In this document: positions 1 through 10,558 of the stretch, piece after piece
Layout: the number at the start of each line of letters is the position of its first letter
Numbering within the stretch: position 1 is the first letter of the stretch
From: an uncultured delta proteobacterium
GTDB lineage: Bacteria > Myxococcota > B64-G9
Assembly: GCA_963754925.1 (NCBI GenBank)
Contig: CAVWHX010000001.1
Span: 160,001 to 224,000 of the forward strand
DNA: 64,000 nucleotides
Direction of reading: 5' to 3'
Notes under the pieces: generated by a model
The model's database searches: none
What the model was told of the DNA's origin: nothing
The model's input: the letters and a program-made list of their open reading frames with translations, nothing else
Program-made: the position numbers and the translations under genes

Positions 1-63
1 GTGCATTCAAATTTCCTATATTCAGATTCAATATTCTTCAAACCAAAACAAGGAGGTTTAGGA

Positions 64-1841
64 ATGAGAAAATCACAGCTAAATTTCACACTCTGCTGCA
101 CGATGTTTCTGCTGATAAGTAGGACCCTGTTTGCAATACAGCCCTACCAAAACGCCAATTTCAAAGTAATCGATCAGGGTAATTCCTCCAGCGGTGTTGC
201 GGCTTTTTATATGTTATTCAACTACTTTCAGGATCAACGGGTATATCAAAACCGGGATTGCACTTCGTCAGTGGCGTTGGATCAGGTTTAACAACTAAGA
301 TCACCGATGGCTCACAGATATGGACCTACATTAATAACGGCGCAAGCACGGTGAGTTTTGATCAGTTGCTCGCTGCCGCGTACAACTTGAGCGATACTAC
401 TAATGTTTGTGCCACCTGGAAACAGCATTATCTTACCAAACTGAGTGATAGCGCTTCTTTAGATATGTCTGCCGCGAGTAACGCTAAAAGACAAAATATA
501 CTAATAAATGAATTATTGCCGGTGCTGACGATGAATCGTCCTGTCATAATCCACATGACGACTTCGAATATTTTCGGGACGGCTTTCTATATAGTCTTGC
601 TGGGGTATGATGGGACAAATGTATATTACGCCTCCTCACGTGATGGCGTCTTCAAGAGCTCGACGACCTTAAGCAACTTCACCAGCACCTACTTCTACCA
701 ACCAGGTACATCATCCGAGGCAAGTTGGGATGGAGAATACCTCTATTTCTATAATCCCAATCGCACCACGGAATACAACGGCACGACTCTACCCGGCTAC
801 TACGGACGCATCCCCGATCCGAACAACTCGCCCAACTGTACAATCTCCCCAGTTGGTCCTCTGCTAACTTTCGCCCTCGATGGCTACACAAGATTTTATG
901 CCCTTCACGTGCCGGCAAGCTACGGGACCAATAAAGGCCAAACGGCGCTGCCCCTCGTCGTCGATTTCCACGGATTTGGTCAAAATTCTAGTGTGCAAAG
1001 CTGTATATCAGGCTTGAAAGCCCTGTCTGAAACTCAAAACTTTATCGTTGCCTATCCGGAAGCGAACTTGCTCTTTGGTACTACTTGGAATATGGATTGC
1101 GGAAACTCCGGCAGTATGACCGGTCCAAATTGCGTCAGTAATAACAGCCCAGATGACGTGAAGTTTGCCGTGAAAGTGGTAGATGATGTGAAAAGGCAGC
1201 TCAATATTGATCCCAGCCGCGTATATCTCACCGGTATCTCGATGGGAGCATCAATGGCTCTGAAATGCGCGGTTCAAAGGAGAGACGTATTCGCGGCCGT
1301 GGGAGCAGTGTCATCGTACTTGGAGGCACCCATAGTCAACCAAAGTTATTCAGGTAGTTATACCGTTGACACCTGTGCTCATAATCCCAAAATATGCAGA
1401 TATATACCCGTATTGCAAATGAATAGCTACGATGACGACGTCGTACCATACGGAGGCAACCCAACAATAGAACAGACTGTCGCCGCGTGGAGAAATTCCA
1501 ACAACTGCAACGGCTATAATGGCGTGTACTTGAATCCCTCTGTGCCGAATCCTTGCGTTGTTTGCAAGGACGGTATTAATGTTTGTAGTGATACTTCACC
1601 GGAACGGGAAGTAAGTGAAACCGCAAGCGGCTGCAGCGCCCTGGTCAAGAGATACGCCCTGCACTCCTCTCCTGATACATCCGGTGGTTGCGGTTTTCCT
1701 AATTACGACAGACACAACGTCTATGATTTCAACTGGCATGGCACGGTTCACGCGTCTAAGGAAGCGTATATCTCCGGCGAGGAATGGAACTTCTTCACAC
1801 AATCTTCCTGTCCATCCTGCAATGGAACAGGATTGCAGTGA
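64..1841 (+). CDS. Secreted protein: degenerate C39-peptidase-like N-terminal domain fused to a PHB-depolymerase/LpqC-family esterase; split by a 1-nt indel at ~286
   Basis: GGAGG RBS before ATG 64 and a signal peptide (MRKSQLNF...LFA). One extra G in gatcaggttta joins ORF 1..291 to ORF 258..1841. Esterase motifs: PLVVDFHG, IVAYPEA, DDVKF, IDPSRVYLTGISMG (GxSxG), DDVVPY. Confidence 0.7.
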
Positions 1842-2058
1842 CCGGCGCCCCCACCATCTAAGCTGAGTTCATAATTTTTCCCTTCCGTATTGACAGCAAT
1901 GTTTTTCGCCTTAGCTTAAAGAAGCGTATTCTCCGATCTTTCATACCTTAATGGCGCCCATCAAATAATTTTAGGGGGCGCCGACGACTGATTTCTCCAC
2001 GCAGAAGAGATCCGGTGAAGATCGGCGAAACATGGAGATGAATGAAAGGAGCAGTAGC

Positions 2059-3091
2059 ATGTCGTTACCTGTTCAATTTCTTAGTCGAAGCGGTTTGCAA
2101 ATCACGAGGGTCGGGCTTGGCGCGTGGGCTATCGGCGGCGGCGGTTGGTCATACGGTTGGGGCCCGCAAGATGATGCCGATTCCTTGGCCACCATGCGGC
2201 GCGCGATCGAGCTCGGGATTAATTGGATCGACACGGCGGCGGTATATGGGCTCGGTCACTCCGAAGAGATCGTCGGAACGTTTCTGCGCGGACTGCCCGA
2301 AGGCGAGCGCCCATTCATTTTTACCAAGTGCGGATTGGCATGGGACCAAGAACATCCCATGGCTCCTCCCGAACGAGTGCTCAAACCCGATTCAATTCGG
2401 CGCGAGTGTGAAGCGTCGTTGCGGCGGCTCGGCGTCGAGCGTATCGATCTCTATCAGTTCCACTGGCCGGACGACACCGGAACGCCAATCGAGGATTCAT
2501 GGGCCGAGATGTTGCGGCTGGTCGAGGAAGGAAAGGTTCGCGCGGCCGGCGTATCCAATTTCGATGTGACCCTGCTCGAGCGATGCAACGCGATACGATA
2601 CGTGGATTCTCTGCAGCCGCCATTTTCGTTGATCAATCGCGCCGCCGCGGAAAAAGAAATCCCCTGGAGCGCCGAGCACGAGACCGGCGTCATATGCTAC
2701 AGTCCGATGCAGTCCGGTCTTTTGACCGAACGCTTTCACGCCGAACGCGTGTCAAAGCTCGCCGACGACGATTGGCGCCGCATGTCCATTCAGTTTCAGG
2801 AACCGAACCTCTCTCGGAACCTGACGTTGCGCGACGCGCTGCGGCCGATTGCCAAACGTCACGACACCTCCGTCAGAAACCATCGCTATTGCCTGGGTCC
2901 TCGCCTGGCCGGGGGTGACCGGAGCGATTGTCGGCGCCCGCAAACCAGAGCAGGTAGACGGTTGGATCAGAGCCGCATCGATCAAACTTACACGGCAAGA
3001 CCTGGACGAGATTGCATCTACGATTCGTCGCACCAAAGCAGGTAGGGGACCGACCGAGCCGCAGTTGACAGAAAAGCAGGCGATGCCATGA
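2059..3091 (+). CDS. Aldo/keto reductase (frameshift at ~2870, probably a sequencing indel)
   Basis: GLGAWAIGG, GINWIDTAAVYGLGHSE, SLRRLGVERIDLYQFHWP, GVSNF and YSPMQSGLL. The C-terminus (AIAWVLAWPGVTGAIVGARKPEQ) continues in ORF 2849..3091. Confidence 0.9.
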
Positions 3092-3963
3092 ACGTCGGAT
3101 TTATTGGTCTTGGCAACATGGGAACAGGTATGGCGGCAAATTTGATTAAGTCCGGCCATGAAGTCACCGTCTACAATCGAACGCCGGATAAAATACAGCC
3201 ACTGGTCTCACTGGGCGGGCGCGCGGCCGATCAGGTGGCGGAAGCCTGTCGGGGTGACGTGGTGATCACGATGTTGGCGGACGACAGCGCCGTTGAAAGC
3301 ATCGTATTCAGCGACAGCGGAATAATCGCTAGTTTGAGAACAGGCGCCATCCATGTTTCAATGAGCACGATAAGTGTGGCCTTATCCGAGAAGCTCGTTG
3401 CAGCGCACGCGAGGTCAAAACAACGTTTCGTGGCCGCGCCGGTCTTCGGAAGGCCGGATGTAGCTGCCGCCGCCAAGCTAACCATAATCGCCGCCGGACC
3501 GCAGGACGCTCTCGACGAGTGCCGGCCGCTATTCGATGCGCTGGGGCATAAGACTTTTTTCTTGGGTGGCGACCCAACGTCCGCAAACTTGGTCAAGCTC
3601 AGCGGTAATTTCCTGATTGCTTCAATAATCGAGGCTTTGAGCGAATCAATGACACTGGTTGGCAAAGGAGGGGTCGAGCCACACCAGTTTGTCGAGTTTT
3701 TGACCTCAACGCTTTTCAATGCGCCGGTTTTTAAAAACTACGGCTCCCTTATCGCCGATAAAAAGTTTTCACCCGCAGGCTTTTCAGCGCAGTTGGGGAA
3801 TAAGGACATTCGGTTGACCCTCGCGGCGTCGGAATCTCTTCGTGTGCCGATGCCTTTGGCGAGCTTGCTGCGCGATCGATTCTTAACCTTGCTTGCTCAG
3901 GGCGGCGGCGCGCTCGATTGGTCGGCTATCGCGCAGCTTGCCGCCAAGGATGCGGGTCAATAA
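3088..3963 (+). CDS. NAD(P)-dependent beta-hydroxyacid dehydrogenase (3-hydroxyisobutyrate DH family)
   Basis: VGFIGLGNMG Rossmann motif, VYNRT, AAPVFG, ANLVKLSGN, KDIRL. Confidence 0.9.
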   Translation: MNVGFIGLGNMGTGMAANLIKSGHEVTVYNRTPDKIQPLVSLGGRAADQVAEACRGDVVITMLADDSAVESIVFSDSGIIASLRTGAIHVSMSTISVALSEKLVAAHARSKQRFVAAPVFGRPDVAAAAKLTIIAAGPQDALDECRPLFDALGHKTFFLGGDPTSANLVKLSGNFLIASIIEALSESMTLVGKGGVEPHQFVEFLTSTLFNAPVFKNYGSLIADKKFSPAGFSAQLGNKDIRLTLAASESLRVPMPLASLLRDRFLTLLAQGGGALDWSAIAQLAAKDAGQ

Positions 3964-3983
3964 GTGTACGGGAGGGAAACCCA

Positions 3984-5828
3984 ATGGTTGACAAGAAATT
4001 GAACGAGAAACTTCAAAAATTAGCTCGGTTGATTCGTTACTATATTCTCGTCATGACCACGGAGGCTGGTTCGGGCCATCCAACCTCTTCGCTTTCGGCT
4101 ACGGAGTTGATGACGGCTCTTTTCTTTGGTGGTGTTCTGAGGTTCGACGCAAACAACCCGAAATTTCCAAACAACGATCGGATAATATTTTCAAAGGGGC
4201 ATGCGTCCCCGCTCTTCTATAGCTTGTGGGCGGCCGCCGGGAAGTTGACGGAAAAAGAACTAATGACCTTCCGCCAGTTCGGAAGCGACTTGGAGGGCCA
4301 TCCGACCGTCGCCTTCCCCTATGTCGAAGCCTCGACCGGGTCTCTGGGTCAGGGCCTTTCCATCGGCGTGGGAATGGCTCTCAACGCCAAATATCTCGAT
4401 ACGTTGCCGTACCGAACGTATGTGCTGTTGGGGGATAGCGAAATGGCCGAAGGTTCCCCGTGGGAGGCCATGCAAGTCGCGGCTCACTACAAATTAAATA
4501 ATCTTGTAGGCATCCTCGACGTAAATCGTTTGGGACAGCGTGGCGAAACCATGTACGGATGGGACATCGAGGCTTACCAGAAAAGAATTTCTTCTTTCGG
4601 ATGGAACGTTAAACTTTTGGATGGTCATTCCATTTCTGAAATACTCGCCGCCTACCAAGAAGCCCTGAGCGTCGACGATCAACCGGTGATGTTGATCGCG
4701 AAGACGATTAAGGGAAAAGGAGTTTCGTTCATCGAGAATAAAAACGGCTGGCATGGAAAGACCCTCAGCAAGGAAGAGTGCGGGCGGGCGTTGAAGGAAT
4801 TGGGGGATGTTGATACCTCCCTTCGGGGACAAATAGCTTCTCCCGAGAACTTGAAGCCAAAGAAACAATCTGTCAAAGAGTCGGGTGCCAAAATGGATTA
4901 CCCGGCAAACAAGCCGGTCGCGACGAGAAAGGCCTATGGTAACGCGCTGGCAAGAATCTATCCGCGATTTCCCGATATCGTAAGTTTGGATGGCGAGGTG
5001 AGCAATTCAACCTATGCTGAATTATTCAAGAAGGCTTATCCCGAGCGGTTCTTTGAGATGTACATCGCCGAACAGAACATGGTGGGTGCGGGCTTAGGAC
5101 TGTCTTGCCGGGGCAAAATTCCGTTCGTATCCACCTTCGCAGCGTTTCTTTCCCGGGCTTTCGATCAAATCAGAATGAGCCAATACTCAGACGCGAACAT
5201 CAAATTCGTTGGATCCCACGCCGGGGTGTCGATCGGAGAAGACGGATCTTCCCAGATGGGTTTGGAAGATATCGCCATGTTCCGAGCGCTTTCACAAAGC
5301 GTGGTTCTCTACCCGGCGGATGCGATATCGGCCGAAAAGTTGGTTGAACAGGCCGCGGCTCATCGCGGCATCGTGTATATTCGTACCACCCGAAAAGAGA
5401 CGCCTTTGCTCTACAATCCGGAAGAACAATTCACGGTCGGCGGAAGTAAGGTTCTAAAAAAGAGCGACCAAGACAGGGCCTCGATCGTGGCGGCGGGTAT
5501 CACCCTGTTTGAAGCCTTGGAGGCTTATGAGCTTTTGAAAAAAGAGGGAGTCTGCGTCCGCGTAATCGATCTCTACAGCATAAAACCTCTTGACGAGGCG
5601 GCGTTACGCGACGCTGCGCAGGCCACTAAGTTGATCGTTACTGTGGAAGATCATTATCCAGAAGGAGGGATCGGAGAGGCCGTGAAAAGCGCCTTGGCTG
5701 CTTATGGAGTTCCCGTTCATTCTTTATCGGTCACCAGGAAGCCGAAAAGCGGTAAGCCGCAGGAACTGCTCGACTATGAACAAATTTCTCGGAACGCGAT
5801 TATCAAAAGAATTAGGGAACTTCTCTAA
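3984..5828 (+). CDS. tkt: Transketolase
   Basis: GSGHPTSSLS, SKGHA, EGHP, TGSLGQG, TPP motif GDSE...N, IAEQNMVG, GEDGSSQM. RBS GGAGG before ATG 3984. Confidence 0.95.
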   Translation: MVDKKLNEKLQKLARLIRYYILVMTTEAGSGHPTSSLSATELMTALFFGGVLRFDANNPKFPNNDRIIFSKGHASPLFYSLWAAAGKLTEKELMTFRQFGSDLEGHPTVAFPYVEASTGSLGQGLSIGVGMALNAKYLDTLPYRTYVLLGDSEMAEGSPWEAMQVAAHYKLNNLVGILDVNRLGQRGETMYGWDIEAYQKRISSFGWNVKLLDGHSISEILAAYQEALSVDDQPVMLIAKTIKGKGVSFIENKNGWHGKTLSKEECGRALKELGDVDTSLRGQIASPENLKPKKQSVKESGAKMDYPANKPVATRKAYGNALARIYPRFPDIVSLDGEVSNSTYAELFKKAYPERFFEMYIAEQNMVGAGLGLSCRGKIPFVSTFAAFLSRAFDQIRMSQYSDANIKFVGSHAGVSIGEDGSSQMGLEDIAMFRALSQSVVLYPADAISAEKLVEQAAAHRGIVYIRTTRKETPLLYNPEEQFTVGGSKVLKKSDQDRASIVAAGITLFEALEAYELLKKEGVCVRVIDLYSIKPLDEAALRDAAQATKLIVTVEDHYPEGGIGEAVKSALAAYGVPVHSLSVTRKPKSGKPQELLDYEQISRNAIIKRIRELL

Positions 5829-5888
5829 CCCTCAAAGTAATCGTCAGAAACCGGGTTGAATTCATAACTAATATCGAAGGAGTCGGTC

Positions 5889-6797
5889 ATGAGGATAGGA
5901 TTTGTCGGACTGGGAAAGATGGGCGGGCACATGACGGAGCGTCTGATCGAAGGGGGTCACGCGGTTACCGTCTACGATCGCGACCATGAAGCCGTAAACG
6001 CCGCGGTGAAAAAGGGGGCTGTCGCTGCTCCTTCTTTGCAGGCGCTGGCTGCGGACCTCACCCCGCCGCGTACCGTGTGGGTCATGGTTCCTGCGGGCTC
6101 GATAACCGCGGAGGTGATCGTCAGTCTCTCGGCGCACCTGGAAGCGGGCGACATCGTCATAGACGGCGGCAACTCCAATTACCATGACAGCATGCGGCAG
6201 GCCGCGGAGCTACGCAAGAAAGGGATTCACCTGCTCGACGCAGGCACGAGCGGCGGCATCTGGGGCCTGAAGGAAGGGTACTGCATCATGGTAGGCGGTG
6301 AAGCATCAGCTTTCAAGAAGGCCGAGCCCCTCTTCAAGACACTGGCTCCGGAGCACGGATACGCGCATGTCGGTCCAAATGGCGCGGGACATTTCGTCAA
6401 AATGGTGCATAACGGCATAGAATACGCGCTGCTTGAGGCCTATGGCGAGGGCTTCGAATTACTCTCGTCCAAGAAAGAGTTCAAGCTCGACCTGCTGCAG
6501 ATTGCGCGGCTCTGGAACCGCGGTAGCGTCGTCAGATCGTGGCTGCTCGATCTCTGCGTGCTGGCCTTTGAAAAAGACCCGTCCCTCGATAACGTTCGGG
6601 GATATGTCGATGACACCGGGGAGGGGAGATGGACGGTTCAGGAGGCGATCGATCAGAGCATACCGGCGCCCGCCATTACCCTGGCCCTGCTTCGCCGCTT
6701 TGCTTCCCGACAGGAGGAGTCTTTCAGCGCGAAAGTGATTGCGGCGCTCCGGAACGAATTCGGCGGGCATGCGATAAAAAGCGCGGCGAAAAAATAG
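5889..6797 (+). CDS. gnd: 6-phosphogluconate dehydrogenase, decarboxylating (short form)
   Basis: GLGKMG, IDGGNS, DAGTSGG, GAGHFVKMVHNGIEY, LRNEFGGH. Confidence 0.95.
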   Translation: MRIGFVGLGKMGGHMTERLIEGGHAVTVYDRDHEAVNAAVKKGAVAAPSLQALAADLTPPRTVWVMVPAGSITAEVIVSLSAHLEAGDIVIDGGNSNYHDSMRQAAELRKKGIHLLDAGTSGGIWGLKEGYCIMVGGEASAFKKAEPLFKTLAPEHGYAHVGPNGAGHFVKMVHNGIEYALLEAYGEGFELLSSKKEFKLDLLQIARLWNRGSVVRSWLLDLCVLAFEKDPSLDNVRGYVDDTGEGRWTVQEAIDQSIPAPAITLALLRRFASRQEESFSAKVIAALRNEFGGHAIKSAAKK

Positions 6798-6829
6798 AAA
6801 CCGGACGCCGGGAAGCACCGAGGTGCAGC

Positions 6830-8380
6830 ATGGCTACCCAAACAGCTGAAGCGCCAGTAGACAGTAAATATCTACAGGAGTGCGATTTCCAATTCGAAGA
6901 TAAAGAAACCGGTCCATTCACCATCGTAATTTTCGGCGGGACCGGCGATCTCAGCAAAAGAAAGCTACTCCCTACGTTATACCACCTCTACGCGCACCAG
7001 GAAAAAGTGCGCGAGTTTTCTGTACTCGGCGTCGGCAGGCTCAATTTAAACGACGATTCATATCGAAAATTGGTCCGCGAAGCCCTTGGCGCCTTCTTGG
7101 AGGAGCCCATTGACGAGGACACCTGGGCCAGATTCGCACGGAATGTCTATTATGTAACCATGGATGTCAAGGAGGAGGACAAATACGAGGAGTTGATCAA
7201 AAAAATCAATGCGGTGACGACAACCGGCATTGGCGGTAAGAAAAACGTCATTTATTACATGTCCGTTCAGCCCGCGCTGACGCCGATTATCGTAACCAAG
7301 CTCACGAGCCATCGGGCGCCTGAAACGTTCAACACCAAGGTGCTGGTGGAAAAACCTTTCGGAGATGATCTTGCATCCGCCCGTGAACTGAATTCAATCC
7401 TTCATCGCCGTTTCAATGAAGACAAGATATACCGCATCGATCACTATCTGGCCAAGGATACGGTGCAGAACCTCATATTTTTCCGTTTTTCCAATGCCAT
7501 CATCGAACCCCTTTGGAACCGGCGCTACATCGACAACATCCAGATAACCGTGGCCGAAAACATCGGCGTGGAGCATCGGGGTTCCTTTTACGAGGAGGTG
7601 GGTGTCGTTCGCGATATCGTTCAGAACCATATGATGCAGATCATCGCCATGGTGGCCATGGAACCGCCGGTGGGGTTCAAGGCCGATTACGTACGCGACG
7701 AAAAAGTTAAAATCTTTCGTTCTCTCCGCCAGATGGACGACTCATATATCGACAAATTCACCGTGCAGGGCCAGTACGGTGAGGGTGTCATCGACGGGAA
7801 GAACGTCCCCGCTTACCGTGACGAAGAGAACGTTTCCCCCGGTTCAGTCACTCCCACGTTTATTACCGCAAAATTCTATATTGATAATTGGCGCTGGGCA
7901 AACGTTCCCTTTTACATCAGGACCGGTAAACGATTGGCGCAGCGAGTCACCAAAATCGTCGTACAGTATAAACAACCGCCCTTAAGACTCTTGGGTCGGA
8001 CGTGCGATACCCTGTTGCCGGACCTTCTCACCATATCGATCCAACCGGAAGAGGAGATATCGCTTAAGATGGGAGTAAAATATCCTCACGAAAACAATAT
8101 GATATATCGCGCTGTAATGAAGTTCAACTACCAGGAAACGTTCAAAATGCGCCCGCACCCTGCTTACGAGCGCCTCCTCCTCGATTGCATGCAGGGAGAC
8201 CAAACTCTTTTTGCGCGGCAGGATGAAATAGAAGCTATGTGGGAAATAGTGGACCCCGTCATCCGGCGCTGGAAGGAGCACCCGCGGGAAGATCTTCCCA
8301 ACTATAAGGCTGGAACATGGGGCCCGGGGGACGCGGACGCCATGCTTGATAGGGACGGCCACCGCTGGCACATTTTATAA
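6830..8380 (+). CDS. zwf: Glucose-6-phosphate 1-dehydrogenase
   Basis: IFGGTGDLSKRKLLP, EKPFG, RIDHYLAK, RDIVQNH, PFYIRTGKRL, AYERLLLD. Confidence 0.95.
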   Translation: MATQTAEAPVDSKYLQECDFQFEDKETGPFTIVIFGGTGDLSKRKLLPTLYHLYAHQEKVREFSVLGVGRLNLNDDSYRKLVREALGAFLEEPIDEDTWARFARNVYYVTMDVKEEDKYEELIKKINAVTTTGIGGKKNVIYYMSVQPALTPIIVTKLTSHRAPETFNTKVLVEKPFGDDLASARELNSILHRRFNEDKIYRIDHYLAKDTVQNLIFFRFSNAIIEPLWNRRYIDNIQITVAENIGVEHRGSFYEEVGVVRDIVQNHMMQIIAMVAMEPPVGFKADYVRDEKVKIFRSLRQMDDSYIDKFTVQGQYGEGVIDGKNVPAYRDEENVSPGSVTPTFITAKFYIDNWRWANVPFYIRTGKRLAQRVTKIVVQYKQPPLRLLGRTCDTLLPDLLTISIQPEEEISLKMGVKYPHENNMIYRAVMKFNYQETFKMRPHPAYERLLLDCMQGDQTLFARQDEIEAMWEIVDPVIRRWKEHPREDLPNYKAGTWGPGDADAMLDRDGHRWHIL

Positions 8381-8385
8381 GATTA

Positions 8386-9198
8386 TTGAAGGAACTGCGT
8401 AGTGACATGTCAAAAAACATCTTCATAGGGGATCTTGAAGAGCTGACCGATTACGCAGTTTGCCTGTGGTTGGAGGTATGCACGGCGGCGCTGCGAGAAA
8501 AAGCATACTGCGCCGTGGCCCTTTCCGGCGGTACAACGCCAAAACCTTTTTATGAAAAACTGGCGTCAGAAACCGACGCATCGCTTTGGCAAACGACGCA
8601 TATTTTTCAGGTGGACGAGCGTTTCGTACCGCCTGATCATCGCGACAGTAATTTTCGCTTGATTCGGGAGACTCTGACAAGTCTCGTGCCGATCCCCGAG
8701 CACAATCTGCATCCCGTCCCGATAACCGGCACGCCGGAGGATTCGGCGCGCGCTTATGATCATGAATTACAGACGTTTTTCAAGCCATCGCGGGGATCGA
8801 TCCCCTCCTTCGATCTCATGGTATTGGGCATTGGGATAGATGGTCATACGGCCTCGCTTTTTCCAGGGGATCGGGCTGTGAACGAGACCACCCGTTTGGC
8901 GACCTCGGTGATTGTTTCGGATGACCGTCACCATCGAATCACGTTCACCCTTCCCGTTATAAAAAACGCCGCCTGTCGTGTGTTCATGGCCACTGGTCGC
9001 GAAAAATCAGCAATTCTAAAAAGAGTTCTGGAAGGGGCTAAAACCAGGTTGCCGGCTTATTTGGCCGGTATCGGAAAAGGAACGGTCTTCTACCTTATCG
9101 ATCCGGACGCGGCCAAGGAATTGTCGAAGAAAACGGTATCGAGATACGGCTTGGTTCATGAAAAGGGAGGATCCGGCTCATCCGAGACCTGTCGATAA
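8386..9198 (+). CDS. pgl: 6-phosphogluconolactonase (start may be ATG 8407)
   Basis: ALSGGTTP, DERFVP, DSNF, LGIGIDGHTASLFP, RITFTLP. Follows zwf. Confidence 0.93.
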   Translation: MKELRSDMSKNIFIGDLEELTDYAVCLWLEVCTAALREKAYCAVALSGGTTPKPFYEKLASETDASLWQTTHIFQVDERFVPPDHRDSNFRLIRETLTSLVPIPEHNLHPVPITGTPEDSARAYDHELQTFFKPSRGSIPSFDLMVLGIGIDGHTASLFPGDRAVNETTRLATSVIVSDDRHHRITFTLPVIKNAACRVFMATGREKSAILKRVLEGAKTRLPAYLAGIGKGTVFYLIDPDAAKELSKKTVSRYGLVHEKGGSGSSETCR

Positions 9199-9253
9199 GC
9201 AAGGTAATTTCGGATAAGTACCTGGGATCAAAATCCAGGCTACATTCTCTCGC

Positions 9254-9378
9254 TGCTTCGCAGCGATTCTATATGAGGCATTGATCGAAGGCTGAAACTC
9301 CACGCTTTGCTTCGCAGCGATTCTATATGAGGCATTGATCGAAGGCTGAAACTCCACGCTTTGCTTCGCAGCGATTCT
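9254..9378. repeat. 54-bp tandem repeat (~2.3 copies) between convergent pgl and SDR genes
   Basis: The unit tgcttcgcagcgattctatatgaggcattgatcgaaggctgaaactccacgctt starts at 9254, 9308 and 9362 (partial). It contains a GCGAAGC mini-hairpin on the - strand. Confidence 0.9.
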
Positions 9379-9382
9379 CTTT

Positions 9383-10201
9383 CTAACCGAGTCCCGTCAG
9401 CCGATTTGATAGCTCGCGAAGCTTCTTCCGCGCCTCAGCTTGGTAGGCTTGATCGTCGGCGCTGGTCTCGTTGAGGCCATTGAAATATCGACCGGTGATC
9501 CCTTCGAGCGCCTCATCGGTAACGAGTCGTACGGTCGCTTGAACTCCCTCTTCAAGGGTGCTGGTGGGATGCGCGACGATTTTCGTCGGCATAAAGGTCG
9601 CCGGGTGCAGCGCAGTCACTGTTACGTTGGTGCCGCGAAGTTCTTCGACCAAGTCGATAGTGAACAGAATCTGCGCGAGCTTGCTTTGGCAATATGCACG
9701 AATGCCGTCGTAGCCGCGCTCGAGCATGACATCATTGAAGTCGATGGCCTGCTGCCCGGCGGAGCTGACATTCACAATACGTGAAGGTGCGGACTCCTTA
9801 AGGACCGGCAGCAGAAGACGGGTCAGTAGAAAAGGAGCGAGGTAGTTTACTGCAAAGCGGTACTCATATCCATCGCGGCTCTCCATGCGCGCGCCGTCAC
9901 CGGGAACACGGGTGCCCACGCCTGCGTTATTGATCAGCGCGTCGAGGCGCGGCTCGTTCAAGAGAACCTGCTTGGCCATGGAGCGAACCTCATCGAGGGA
10001 GGCGAAATCTGCCCGGTACGGACGTGCGGAACGATTGCCCGCGCTCTGCTGAATCTCTAGCAACGTGCGTTCAGTTCGCTTCGCATCGCGCCCGTGGACG
10101 AGAATCGTCGCGCCGCGACGAGCGAGATCGAGGGCGACACCTTTTCCAAGGCCATCGGTGGCTCCGGTAACGAGAATAACCTGCTCTTGAATCGGTTTCA
10201 T
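9383..10201 (-). CDS. Short-chain dehydrogenase/reductase (retinol-DH-like)
   Basis: VTGATDGLG, LINNAG, NVSS, YCQSK (YxxxK), LHP. Confidence 0.92.
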   Translation of the reverse strand: MKPIQEQVILVTGATDGLGKGVALDLARRGATILVHGRDAKRTERTLLEIQQSAGNRSARPYRADFASLDEVRSMAKQVLLNEPRLDALINNAGVGTRVPGDGARMESRDGYEYRFAVNYLAPFLLTRLLLPVLKESAPSRIVNVSSAGQQAIDFNDVMLERGYDGIRAYCQSKLAQILFTIDLVEELRGTNVTVTALHPATFMPTKIVAHPTSTLEEGVQATVRLVTDEALEGITGRYFNGLNETSADDQAYQAEARKKLRELSNRLTGLG

Positions 10202-10558
10202 TGGGGTACCTCTTTACGTCCAGACGCCTGCAATCTCCCGCGAGTAAAGCATGAATAACCCATTTTTTATGTTGCAGAAAGCATACCAGAGTGTTTATTT
10301 CGATTTTTCGGCGCGTTGGTTCATGAGTTCTGTTTGCCGCGGCCATTGCCGTGCAAAACGAACTATCTATAATAAACTATTCCTAAAATATTTACCGGGT
10401 TGCTACCGTACATTGATCGAATCAAGTTATTGCTGGTCATAAAGAGCTCAGTAAGGTAAAAACGCTGGTAACCATTGACTAGTAGTTACGGTTGATGAAA
10501 TGAATCTGTATCGATAACTTTTTTGAAGGAGCGATACCATACAGAAGAGGGTCTTTCA

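Noticed and set aside
9254..9378. CRISPR array
   Set aside because: The units are fully identical with no unique spacers, and there are no cas genes.
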